The notes below the pieces were generated by a model. That model was not told the origin of the DNA and did no database searches. It saw only the letters and a list, made by a program, of their open reading frames with translations. A stretch of DNA of 63,616 nucleotides, the filler included, from Globobulimina sp. (taxonomy: Eukaryota), in the NCBI GenBank assembly GCA_003354225.1. It is 18 parts of 18 records of this genome, joined end to end, with 100 filler letters (N's around TTAATTAATTAA, not from the genome) between each part and the next. Parts side by side here need not be neighbours in the genome. Positions count along the whole stretch, not along the records: positions 35,411 to 38,849 come from PIVH01002794.1; positions 38,950 to 42,388 come from PIVH01002795.1; positions 42,489 to 45,927 come from PIVH01002796.1; positions 46,028 to 49,466 come from PIVH01002797.1; positions 49,567 to 53,004 come from PIVH01002798.1; 13 more parts are not named here. One strand, written 5' to 3'. The position numbers and the translations under genes were made by a program. Positions 37,411 to 49,790 of the stretch are shown here, one piece after another; the first letter of the stretch is position 1, and each line of letters begins with the position of its first letter.

Positions 37411-38849
37411 ATGGCAAACTTAGGTAACTTCCGTGCGTACATCAATGCAGATTGCAAAGGCGATAAAATTAAATTGCCAGAATCGTCATCACAGCGATTG
37501 CTTTCAATTCCAAATATCACATACCCACTATGTTTTGAATTATCAGGTTATTATTTCCATTAAACAAACAAAACATATTTGAACATAACAAATACGAATA
37601 CCAAAAGTGCCAATATCTCGAGAAGACATATTAAATGCAATGCAAAATGGTTAACCCAAACCAGAACGTACCGCAATACATTGCGGCGTATTAGATTTCA
37701 CCGCCGGCGAAGGATGTATTTGTTTGCCACAGTGGATAATGGAGAATTTGCATATAAAAGAAGCAGATCTATTGAATGTATCCAATATCACGTTACCAAA
37801 GGGTCGCTTTGTGCGCTTGCAACCACATTCTGTCTTAAAAGATGTTAAAACTAAACAAAAATTGGAATCATCGTTAAGAAATTTTACGACTTTAACAGCA
37901 AACACAACGATTACCATCCAAAGTATGGACAATTTAAAATTGAATGTATTGCAAGTAAAACCCGATAAAAATAATCTAAATTCCATACAAATCATTGACA
38001 CTGATTTAGTGGTTGAATTTGAAGCGGCTGCGGATGGCACAACTGATACACATCAACACTTTGAGAGGAATTTACAAATAAATAATAGCGAACAGAAACA
38101 GGACATTGTTGATGATAAAGTTAAAAAAGGAGAATATAGATTTTATAAACTCGCATTAAGGTTTGCTACATCATTCAGTTTGAAACTGAAAAATGTAAAC
38201 GTTGGATCAGTTTGAAACTAAAAATAAAACTGTTTGCAGTTTCAAACTGTAAAAACTATAAATTTGCAGTTTGAAACTGTAAAAAAAAAGTCCTCGAAAA
38301 ATGTTTTTTTTTTCAGTTTGAACTGTTTTATATTTGTTTGTAATGTTTAAGTGAGGAAGGAATTGAAAATCTAAAAATCATAGTAACGCCAAGCGATGAT
38401 AAATATGATTTAGATTTATATGCTTCATGGGATAATTATGAACCAGGTACGAATACAGATAATTATGATTATCATTGTGTGGAGCATGGCGCGGCCCAAA
38501 TTATTGTAAACCTAAATGAAAATCACAACAATGACAGCAAATATTTGTATTTGAGTGTACATGGTTTTGAGGAGAACCACGATGACGAGAACAAACAGGA
38601 TGACATTTATATAAATTATACATTGAGTGTCGAGAACATTAGCATGAATGATATGGAAATAAAGGAATTATATCGAGCATCCTCCCTACAAACACACGAT
38701 GAAAAATTAGAGAACAATCAAGATTTACCAGTATCACCCGACGAAAATAAACAATTTTGCACCAATTGTCATCGTTTTGTGAATAAGTGGTCGTTTGATC
38801 GGCATTACCAACATTGTATTAAACAGTTTTGTTTTTGTAACTCCTGCAA
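37411..38849 (+). CDS. UFD1-domain protein with a C-terminal Cys/His zinc-finger region, 3'-partial; introns 37547-37664 (or -37607) and 38161-38351
   Basis: GDKIKLP, YPLCFEL, HCGVLDFTAGEGCICLPQWIMENL, LPKGRFVRLQP, LESSLRNFTTLT, IIDTDLVVEF; C-terminal CTNC..H..HC..C..C. Confidence 0.8.
38176..38325. repeat. Intronic array of palindromic CAGTTT[G/C]AAACT(G) motifs
   Basis: Copies at 38176, 38208, 38237 and 38267, plus a 1-nt-shorter copy at 38314. Confidence 0.88.
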
Positions 38850-38949
38850 NNNNNNNNNNNNNNNNNNNNNNNNNNNNNNNNNNNNNNNNNNNNTTAATTA
38901 ATTAANNNNNNNNNNNNNNNNNNNNNNNNNNNNNNNNNNNNNNNNNNNN

Positions 38950-41900
38950 ATAATGATTTCAGTTGTTCTGACGACAGTTGTTCAGTTTTATGCGGTACAG
39001 CGCATTTATGCATTGATACCACAATCAATTGTCCTCCAAACGTTTCCTGCAATGTCACATGCAATGTAAATTCATGTAAAAATTCAACAATCATCGCAAC
39101 ACATTCTTCATCGTTATATTTATACACATATGACCTGGAAACATCTGCTTTTAATATATATTCACCTCTTTCATCAAACAGTAAACCCAACACATTCATT
39201 CACAAATTATCATCCATCACACATAAAAACGAGAATATTAACCTACGGCATCTACCACCTTTGCAAATATATGCAATAAACGGATTTAATCATATCACCG
39301 TTTACGATGCAACCACACCTTTAAATTATCAAAGTTTCCCCGCTATCATGCATTGCCAATCGGGTTATTCTTCACATTGCGAATTCAGCACAGCAACGTG
39401 GTCCTGCATCGACGCTGAAAATATCTGCAATAAACCACCATTACCAACAAAACAGTTTCGTACTGTACATTTTACAGAAATAATACTATAAAAACACTTA
39501 TTAAATTATACTATAGAATTACAAGAAGACACTTACTCGCAACAGAAAGAGTAATCGCGACCATATGGAATGATGATTATGTGTTTGGATCGCCAGGATG
39601 GGCCACAACGCAATCTCCAGTAAGCACCGTAAGCTCTGCCACTGCCACCACGTATCATGGACCATACAACAACGCAGATTCCAATGCGAATACCTTCGAA
39701 CAATTTAATATCAGTCAAGAATTTTACTGCGCAAAATATTCAACAGTGGATATCTGGTACAAAATGGCAGTCTGTGGCACAGAGAATGGTGACCGTGTTA
39801 ACTTATATTTGAATGGCATTTTAGCACAATCCACAGCCGGGGATGTCGGAGGCAGTCAGTTGAATGATGCTGATCTGATTGCAATATGTCAAGAAAACAA
39901 TCCTGGGCTGCAATGGAGGCAAAAAGCGTATGGTCCTCTTAGTATTTCAGAAGTACAAATGCATGAATTATTTAAGGTACATTTCCAATTTCTAGTGACT
40001 CACTACAATGACGAGTTGGTGGTATGGGACGTTCAAATAACATGCAATCCGTTAGCTACGACAATCGATGTCACAGTTCCATGGGATGAAGGTAACTAAA
40101 TTCATATTATATATCTGTTGCAATTGCAAACAATCAAAATTAAATTAATTCTTTTTTTAAAAGATGCGATTTTAGGAACATTGCCCGGTTGGACAGTCGT
40201 TCCAGTTCCAGGTAAATTTACTATTCCCGCAACAGGATCCGGTGGCGGTGCAAACCTTCGATTCCATGGTCCGTATAATGGCGACAGCGATGCAGTCACA
40301 ATTGAACAATATCTCATTTCCCGGCAATTTTATTGCTCCCAAACGGCATCAGTCGCTGTGACTTATTGCAGTGCCACCTGTGGTACCATTGATGCTGCAG
40401 ATAATGTTCAATTATATTTGGATGACGTAGCACAAGTATCGAGTACGTTGACCGCTGCAGAAGCGAACCTAGGGCCGTTTGCAAATACAGACTTATCCGC
40501 TGCTGCTGGAGGGTGCAATCCGTGGTATTATCAGTGCCTCGGTGCTGGTTTAAATGGAATATCATTGGTACCATTTAATGCTTTATTTAAGGTGGATTTC
40601 AAAGTGAATGTGAATTTAAATACTGAATGGCTAACAATTGTCGCTATAGAAATAACGTGCACTGCAAATCCAACAGTTGACCCAACTACAGATCCAACGA
40701 TATCTCCCACACAAAATCCCACCAGAAACCCAACACAAACTCCATCAAAATATCCCACCATATCACCCACACAAATTCCCACTGCAAATCCATCACAAAA
40801 CCCATCAGAATCTCCATCACAACATCCAACCAGAAATCCAACGCAAATAACTTTAAATCCATCGCCAACGCCTACAGAAACACCGGTTGTTGCACCCACA
40901 CAAAGTCCAACCAAAAACCCTGCAATATCACCAACAATACATCCCAGTGATAACCCATCATTTTCACCTTCCGGAATTACATTAAGTCCATCCGAATCAC
41001 CAATAAATAATCCATCCACAGCTCCAGTAACAAGTGCTCCAACTCAATCTTCAATAAATCCCACCACAATGCCAACATTATCACCCACGACAACCATTTC
41101 ACCCACATCTATACCAATATGTGGTGTTTCTTGTCCACCCACAGATATTCCAACAGAATCGCCAACTGCAACACCTACAATTATAACAACCAGGAATCCA
41201 ACACAATCACCGACCAAAAGTATGTAAATTTGCTATTTTGTGCTATTTCTGGATAATATTGATAGCAAAATCATGTTTATTGATAGGACCAACAGTGGCT
41301 TGTTTTGACTGGGAAATGAAAATTGAACTTACACTTTTACGTTTTGTGGAGGTGGATAATTGGAGGCAACTTTTACAGCGATTATGTTTGCAATCATTTA
41401 AAGAGACAGTTATATTGTTATCGGCTCATATTTCTGTATGGAATGCTGTTGATTGGTGTGTTAATATTGAGGTAGAATTTGAATTTATTCCAGGTGGAGT
41501 TCGACGATTATTGTTACAAAATACAGTCGATATCGGTATTAAGGAAACTTTTACTATAAATAATATGTTATATGATGCTTACTTTGATGGTTATAATGCT
41601 ACAATGTTTACTATTGAATATCAACGCATTTTAGCAGCATTAATTGGACAGAAAGTAAATGAGATTGATATTGGTGAATTAGTTAATGTTGATGATGAAT
41701 CTGCAAATATTACACCAAAACCAACACATTCGCCGCAGGTACATATACATTCAATTTGCAATACGCAGACATTGATAAATATTGCATTGTGCTCAGGTAT
41801 GGCAGACCAAATCGAGTGCGGATGGTATCGGATTGTTGATTGCTGTGTTATTTGCGGTATTTGGTGCAATTTGTTGTGGCGTCATGTGTGTGACATGTCG

Positions 41901-42324
41901 ATTATTTTATAAATATGAAACAAAACATGAGGATACAATGGATACTAATTATAATGGGTCGTATGAAGTGTTTTTGTCTTCAAGTTCATTGCCGAATACT
42001 CCCATTGCAGATATGGAGGTTGCTGACTTGGAGAGGCATGCTCAGTTTGCTTGTTCTGTAGAAATGCAAAGAAGAGATAGCAAGAAAACAATGGAGATTT
42101 CAGAAGCGAGTGAAGATGCAGAGATTACAAGGAAATATTCCGAATTTGAAATGGCTTTAAATGATAATATATTTGCAACGAGTTTATTAATGGATAATAT
42201 TATCAATGATATAGTCTCTGGCGATGAGGCAGAAGATACGCAAACTCAATTAACCGATGACGATGATATCATTGATGATATTATTGATGTTGAGATGGAA
42301 AATTATGTCAAAACAATACGGTAA
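38950..42324 (+). CDS. Large cell-surface protein (Cys-rich region, two tandem ~170-aa domains, PT-repeat stalk, single TM), 5'-partial; predicted introns 39455-39516, 40092-40163, 41220-41286, 41739-41796
   Basis: Frame open from the contig edge (NDFSCSDDSCSVLC..); duplicated HGPYN..EQ..IS..FYC..CGT domain; TxxP/SxxP repeats; TM GLLIAVLFAVFGAICCGVM; all four introns keep the frame. Confidence 0.75.
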
Positions 42325-42507
42325 TATACAAGGAAAGGAATGGTGATTTATTTTGTGAATGAATAAACTTTAATAATTCGTAATTTCTNNNNNNNNNNNN
42401 NNNNNNNNNNNNNNNNNNNNNNNNNNNNNNNNTTAATTAATTAANNNNNNNNNNNNNNNNNNNNNNNNNNNNNNNNNNNNNNNNNNNNTTGTTTTTTTTT
42501 TTGATGT

Positions 42508-45466
42508 ATGTTAACTAGAATTGCAATTGCCACTTGTTTGCGAGCAAATAAGTTAACGCGATTATTGCCCATTATGTCGTCGCAACAATTACACGACTTT
42601 CAACGTCGTACCATAACGGCGGAAAATATGGTGAAATCATTACAAAGCCAACTAAACCATCTCACAAAGCAACGACAAACTGGAATTAATTATAATTATA
42701 ATTATAATGCGAATGAGAATGAGAATACATATCAACCGGATGATACCTATCCAGTTTGGTATACACCATACAACAAATCGCAAAGCATCAACACCAGCGA
42801 TACCATCATGGTCTTAAACTCATTGTGTCCGTCCGCCAAAGTTCCATTTATCCCAAAAAATGGCCGACTCAGTTAACCTTTTACTAAAATTAATATTCGA
42901 GATCTCTGGAAATTTCTGACACATTATATTATATTCTAAATATTAAACAGTTAAATGGTATACTTGCGGCCCCACCGTGTACGCACCGAGTCATATGGGA
43001 CATGCTCGAACCTATATCACTTTTGATATTATTCGCAATATCTTGGAAAATTACTTCAATTACAAAGTGAATCTGGTGATGAATATCACCGACGTCGATG
43101 ACAAAATTATTTTGCGAGCGCGCCAAAATTATTTATTCGCACAATACACAGCCACACAAAAGAATAATTTGCCAATACACCAACTCTTGGCTGACATTGA
43201 GAGCGCATTCAAACTCTCACTCCGCAAACACGAACAAGCCGTGCACGCCGCCACTGCCTCGGTGCAAAATGCAGTGGACAAACACAAGAAAGATCTGATT
43301 GAAAACCTGTTAGCTCAGCAAGTAAAGCGTGGCAATGTGCAGCGGGATTATCAAAAATATGAGCAATGCGAGAAAAGCCAAACCGCAATGGAGCAAATCC
43401 TCTCGATTTGCAAATCGGTGCTATCCGAATGGTTGGATTCGGAGAAAGGAGCTACGGTTTGCGACCAACGCATCTTTCGAGAACATGCGCAACTTTTCGA
43501 GAAGGAGTTTTTTGAGGATATGCGAGCGTTAAATGTGCGCGATCCCGATGTGTTGACTCGTGTCACTGAGTACGTGCCGCAGATCATAGCCTTTGTGGAG
43601 AGACTGGTGGCCAATGGCTATGGTTATGAGAGTAATGGCAGTGTGTATTTCGACATTGAGCGGTATCGGCAACATCATGATTATCCGAAACTGGATCCGA
43701 AGAAGTTGGACAATAAGTTGTTAATGGATGAAGGCGAAGGGAGCTTAGCTTCCAAGACTATCGACGCGGAGAGGAAATCGCATCGCGACTTTGCGCTGTG
43801 GAAAGCGTCCAAAGCTGGCGAACCGCAATGGGAAAGTCCATGGGGTTTAGGCCGACCGGGATGGCACATCGAGTGCTCCACGATGGCGAGTCAGGTGTTG
43901 GGCGATAACATGGATATCCATACAGGTATACATTTTGTTGGACAGTGTGGCCAAAGGCGACCTGTTGGCAGCTTGAGTGAGAGCAACATGTTTAGCTTAA
44001 AAAAGTTTTTGAGTTTTTGAGTAACATGCTTTGCAATGCTGACTTGACACACAGGTGGCGAAGATTTGAAATTCCCGCATCATGACAATGAGATGGCACA
44101 ATCGTCGGCATTTTATAGCGAGCCAAAGGATGATAACTACCATCAACAATGGGTCAATTATTGGTTTCATGCGGGACATTTACACATTGGTGGCTTGAAA
44201 ATGAGCAAATCATTGAAGAACTTCATTACCATTCGACAAGCACTCACCATGTGTAGCACGCGGCAGATCCGCTTATTATTTTTGTTGCAATCGTGGTTTG
44301 GTAAAATGAATTATAGCGACGATTCCATTGAGGAAACACAAGTCAAAGAACACCAAATCAGTGAATTTTTCTTGTTAATCAACGCATTAAATCGGAAATA
44401 TAATTCATCGGAAAGCATCTCGCAAACTCCGTATTTGGCCACCAATGCTTTGGACGCAGAGTTAAATGCAAAAATTATGGACAAACAGTTGTTGATTGAT
44501 GCCGCATTGCGGGATAATTTCGATTATGTGACTGCCACACAATTACTATTTGAGTTGATATCTGACATAAATATATACATTAAAAACCTGGCGACGATTC
44601 CAAACATATTATTATTAAATAAAACTGCCTCATTTATCAATAATATGCTGAAAATCTTTGGTGTGGTGCCGCAAAATGAAACTTTTTTTTTAGGAACCCA
44701 ACAAATTGAAAATGAGAAGTATTTGCAAGAGGTTTTGGACGTTATTACCGAATATAGAGCTGATTTGACGCAGTTATTTCGGAATAAAGCGGAGTGGGAA
44801 CGATATCATAAAGTTGTGCTGCAATATAAAGCGGAGATTGAGGCACTTTCTGGTGGTGATATGGAGGAAAAAGAGGAAAGAAAAGAAAGGGAATCTGAGA
44901 TTTTTGTGCGTAAAAATAATTTATTAGCGGCTTTGATTGAGTTTAATTCGAAAATAAGTAAATTAGCGTGCGAAATGGATGTTGATTCGTCGCGGAAATT
45001 GATTTTTATGACGGACGAATTGCGGGATAGTATTTTGCCAAAATATGGGGTGAAAATTGAAGATGTCGAAGGTGGGAAGGGAAGTATTTGGAAATTGTAT
45101 GAAGCCAAGGTTTTGTTGAAAATGTTGGAGGATGAGAACGAAAAGAAAAATAGTAAAAAATTGCGAAGTAAAATGAAACAAATAGAGAAAGATTTGGATG
45201 GATGGAGAAAGAAAGCAATTTCACCCTTGGAATATTTTAAAATAATGAGAGATAGCAATGGTAATTTGGTATATTCGCAGTTTGATGAAAGTGGATTACC
45301 AACACATGACGCTCAAAATAAACAGTTATCAAAGAAAAAAATGAAAAAATTACTAAAGTTATTAAAGAAACAACAGGAAAATTATCAGCAATATCAAGAC
45401 AAAATAAGTGAAAATCCGCATTTTTTAACAGATTTAGAAAATGTGTTAAAAGATTTAAAAGATTGA
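42508..45466 (+). CDS. CARS1: Cysteine--tRNA ligase (eukaryotic cytosolic type) with N-terminal extension; introns 42871-42950 and 43926-44054
   Basis: [63 protein letters not shown]. Confidence 0.95.
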
Positions 45467-46759
45467 TACAATAAACAAACAATATTCTTGTAACCGTTTC
45501 GTTGGTATCCTTGTAACAAACGAGTGGTTTATCTTATTTATTTCCGTCATATTTAGCCTGTTGTATGAATTCTAATGGAGAGCCTAATGACGGCAATAGA
45601 AACTGCTATTAATATCGCCATTATTATTCAATCATTTGCAAATCGTATACAAACGCATCCATAATTTAATATCTATTTATGAATACACATTGATCTCAGC
45701 TATGCTTCGATCAAATTATACATAAAAATAAAGAGACATATCTGAGCCGGGTTGCTCTCGAGCAAAGCTCTCGACGACGAAGGCAATAAATTGCCATTTG
45801 AAGACTTGCATTTTAAAACCAAACCTTACTCTTTGTTTTGTTTAACTTCCATCAAAATCATCAAGAACGTGCTTAACCACATTAAAACCAGTTGTTTAAT
45901 AAAGTTAAAACGGTGTTCTAAATATTTNNNNNNNNNNNNNNNNNNNNNNNNNNNNNNNNNNNNNNNNNNNNTTAATTAATTAANNNNNNNNNNNNNNNNN
46001 NNNNNNNNNNNNNNNNNNNNNNNNNNNGTTATTGAATATTTTACAATCAATGGATTATATGTCTTAAATAGGCCGCGTTTTGAGATTTATAAAGCAAAGT
46101 TATGAGAATATGAGACTGTATAATAAATTGCTGACAAGTTTCAAATGACTCGATCAAATCTCCCATGATTTTATCTACGTTTTTTCCTCATATATTACTC
46201 TGCATTAAAATTGTCTGTATTTTATAATAGTTTGCGACAGAATTGATCGTTGGTTCCACATTTATTAGTCCTACACCCAACACTGCAGACACAACTACTG
46301 AGCTAATTTATTGTGGTGACAGATTAACTCCAAAAGTTGAAGTCCGATCACGACAATGAAAATTAGCACAATAGTTGTGACTGCAGTGATTTCGGAAAAA
46401 ATATTCCAAAAATTGTAGGTTACATATTCTTCTATTTTAGTATTCTTCATCGGAAAGCCCTATTCTTTAAAGATTTTGACGCTCAGCTTTTGTTTCTTGA
46501 GCCATTTTGGCACCCTAAATAAAGAACTATTCTTTTGCGAGGAAGAACTACGTTTCAAATTTTAAATTCCATACTTTTTTAATCAAGCAATCACAACACA
46601 GAACATACGGAATAGAGTGAGAGTGCAAGGATATACAAATAGATACACCTTCAAAAAAAAATACACATAGAATGTTGTTATGGATGTTATGTCTGTTATA
46701 AAACAAAAACTGAATCCCTCAATATTGTAATTTTAAAAGTATCCTGGCACTTCATGACA

Positions 46760-48319
46760 TTATATACACTCATAATCATTATAATAATTACATTCATTTT
46801 TACGCCGATACATACCACACAAAAACACTACACTTATAATTATCACTACAAATATAATGATAATCCCATTTATCATATATGATTTCCCATTAACTTGAAT
46901 CTGCATTTCTTGTGTCAACACATCCGATATACCCATACCATCATCAATTTCTTCATGTTGACTAAATCTTAAGTCATCCACATAAACATGGGACGGATCC
47001 ACTGTACCTTGCACAAGACCGAAATTGCATTGTTGCGGACACCACTGAGGATCAGGCGAACTTGCAAAATACGCGACCGATGGGTCAGATATAATGCCTC
47101 CAATTTTAATCGATTGCCCGCCGGGCTCAATCACCCAGAGTCCAAAGGTATATTCGCCATCATATTGCACCAAATCCAATTCATATTTTGTATGAACAGA
47201 GGACAGTTTGTATACATTCTTACCAACTTTATATAGCTGATTGTAATGATTTAAATTAAAATATATCTTATCCATCAAACCAGGAATAGTCCACGTCGAA
47301 TATGCATAGTGATTATCCATCCATCGGTCTTGTCCGCAATAAGGCGATGTCATAATACTTTGATGCGTTTCCATCAACAAACTTTCATATTTATCCAATT
47401 TAAAGCCACCAAAAGTTTGTGACAGGGGTCGCTCAATAAATTGGATCTCGATATGTGTGCCAAGCAAATGCATAAATATTGTCTTTGAGTGAGGTGCATC
47501 ACTGGACTGTGCATAATATAATACGTCGGCGTCGAGAATATTAACATAGAAATCATGTAATTTATTGATATCTGTGGTGGCATGAGATATTCGAACAGGA
47601 ACAATGGTGGCTCCATCAGCTCTGTTCCATGGATATGGATTATTCATTGCAGCAAAACTACATCGTGGAATGCCATCCGTTATCCATTTGATATTATTAT
47701 AAAAATCGATTGCTGGTTTCGTATATGATATAAATTCAAAGTTGATGGCAGACGACGGAGAATGAACTAAAATTGAATAAAATTTGTTATCCACAAAGTC
47801 ATGGTCATCGATATTTATGTCATAAAAATACCATTCAATGCCAACATATTCTAAATTTAAATTTGTGTTTGCTTTCCAATGAGATATATATTCATCTAAT
47901 GATTTGACCCAAAAACCCATATTAAAATCAAAAAATGCATCGTAATTTAAAGGATGGCTGTCAGTTAATGCATATTTCCATTTTTCACTCATTATTTTTT
48001 CAAACGTATCAATGTATAACAATCCAGCATCGTATTGATAGGTTTGTGGTGCATGAATATTAAAACAAGTGTAAGGGAGTTGCAACTTACATTGATACGC
48101 ACACTCTCCGTCATGAAATTTATCTGCTCCTTCATCATGTATATTTGGGAAGATGTTGTATGCATTTTCACATTCACGTTTTGAATCTGATGTTGCTACG
48201 GTATGCTTGAAAATGAGAAACTCTGAGATATCGCATGCACCAGATTCTGTACTGTCAGCTGCAAGTTTACTAATCAGGTGCATCAATGCGATCAAACATA
48301 TTTCAAAAGATGTTGACAT
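46760..48319 (-). CDS. Type I membrane protein with VOC-like lumenal modules (hypothetical)
   Basis: Signal peptide, C-terminal TM; VRISHATTDINKLHDFYVNIL, IQFIER and LWVIEPGGQSIKI resemble VOC beta-alpha-beta-beta-beta elements. Confidence 0.5.
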   Translation of the reverse strand: MSTSFEICLIALMHLISKLAADSTESGACDISEFLIFKHTVATSDSKRECENAYNIFPNIHDEGADKFHDGECAYQCKLQLPYTCFNIHAPQTYQYDAGLLYIDTFEKIMSEKWKYALTDSHPLNYDAFFDFNMGFWVKSLDEYISHWKANTNLNLEYVGIEWYFYDINIDDHDFVDNKFYSILVHSPSSAINFEFISYTKPAIDFYNNIKWITDGIPRCSFAAMNNPYPWNRADGATIVPVRISHATTDINKLHDFYVNILDADVLYYAQSSDAPHSKTIFMHLLGTHIEIQFIERPLSQTFGGFKLDKYESLLMETHQSIMTSPYCGQDRWMDNHYAYSTWTIPGLMDKIYFNLNHYNQLYKVGKNVYKLSSVHTKYELDLVQYDGEYTFGLWVIEPGGQSIKIGGIISDPSVAYFASSPDPQWCPQQCNFGLVQGTVDPSHVYVDDLRFSQHEEIDDGMGISDVLTQEMQIQVNGKSYMINGIIIIFVVIIISVVFLCGMYRRKNECNYYNDYECI

Positions 48320-48372
48320 GATTCAGAGGGAAAATATACTACAAAGTTTTTACTTTGGTATTTTTGTAAAGA

Positions 48373-49366
48373 ATGGAGCCAGATGTGTCGGCAAACTTAA
48401 AATTGTGGGTTGGTGCAGTAATCACCATTATCTTTGAATGTTGCTGTGGTCATATTTTAGAAATATTTAAAATCAGCAAACAGACAACAAATAAACCAGT
48501 AGGCGAAATCTATCATTTATTAACCGATCAAAAAGGAATAGTTGGACTGTGGGATGGATTTGTACCATGGGGGTTGTTAATGGCATTAAGTAAAGGCGCA
48601 TCATTCTCGTATGGGCACCAAATGGCATATAATACGCTTTGCTCATCATTCATATTCACATCCGGATTATTATCGAAAAAAACGATTGATATTATATCTA
48701 GGTATGATATGATGCAAATTAACCTATATATGATGTTGCATTTTTTTATAATTATGTGACATATGTAGTGGATTAGGTGGATTTTTCCAAGGTTTACTAA
48801 TGTCGCCATTATTATTATTAAAGACGAGAGTTGTGACCCATGTGAAGTTCCGTAATATTTGCGGTGGTTTGTGTGCTACGATAATAGCTTCATTCAAGAT
48901 TGGATATGAAATAATAACAGAACATGGACCACTGGCTTTATGTAAGGGAATGCATATTTTCTCATTTAAAAGGTTTTGTGATTGGCTTACAAGATTTTTA
49001 TTTGTGGAACTCACAATCAGTGCATTGTTAATGTTTGGTGTGGATTGCAAACAAAGTGTTATTTTATTGACATTGGCCGGATTGTGTGGTGGTACATTGT
49101 CTTCATTGGCTACGACTGGTTTGGATGTTATGACCTCAATGATTCAGGATCACACAAAGGCGGAAGATCAGAAAATAGGATTCATCACTCTCGTTACGAT
49201 GATGTGTAAAGATAGAAAAGGTTTGCGTATGGCAACCAGAGGAATATATTTACGAATATCGCATGTTGCGTTGACAACTGTGGTTATGAAGAATTCGGTG
49301 CCATTTGCATGTCAGCTCTATATGCAATGGCAATCAGTATCAGTTGCTGCAAAAATTGAAATTTGA
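48373..49366 (+). CDS. Mitochondrial carrier (SLC25) family protein; intron 48702-48768
   Basis: Three repeats with degenerate Px[D/E]xxK motifs (HILEIFK, SPLLLLKTR, GLDVMTS), plus GLWDG, ALCKG and ATRG. Confidence 0.75.
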
Positions 49367-49790
49367 TCCGTAAATATGCTTAATTTTAACACTTGTGCTA
49401 GGCTCTATGTATTATTATAATATTTACATCAATAACAACTGGATTAATCAGAAAAAGCCTTGCAAANNNNNNNNNNNNNNNNNNNNNNNNNNNNNNNNNN
49501 NNNNNNNNNNTTAATTAATTAANNNNNNNNNNNNNNNNNNNNNNNNNNNNNNNNNNNNNNNNNNNNAATTGTATTTTTATTTTTGTTGGGAAATGGAGAT
49601 ACAAAATGTCGGTGTAAACCGTACTACATCAACATGGGTTCAAACGCCAATGTAAAAGTTTACTGTGGAATGTTCTGTATATTCGTGGTAGCCCCGAATA
49701 TCATTTTAATTATGCCATAATTTTAGAGTATCATTACTTTAACTCAACAATCTCAACATACCATTACCGTATGATGTGAAAGTTAAACTG

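Noticed and set aside
37608-37664. In-frame TAA (37652-37654) in the UFD1-domain gene as evidence of stop-codon reassignment
   Set aside because: An alternative acceptor (AACCAG at 37664) removes it in frame, and conserved genes here end normally at TAA or TGA. RNA-seq would be needed to exclude a nonsense allele.
38894-39199. Minus-strand 101-aa ORF, and the many other short antisense or overlapping ORFs in the track
   Set aside because: They are shadows of longer, motif-bearing genes on the opposite strand or in another frame.
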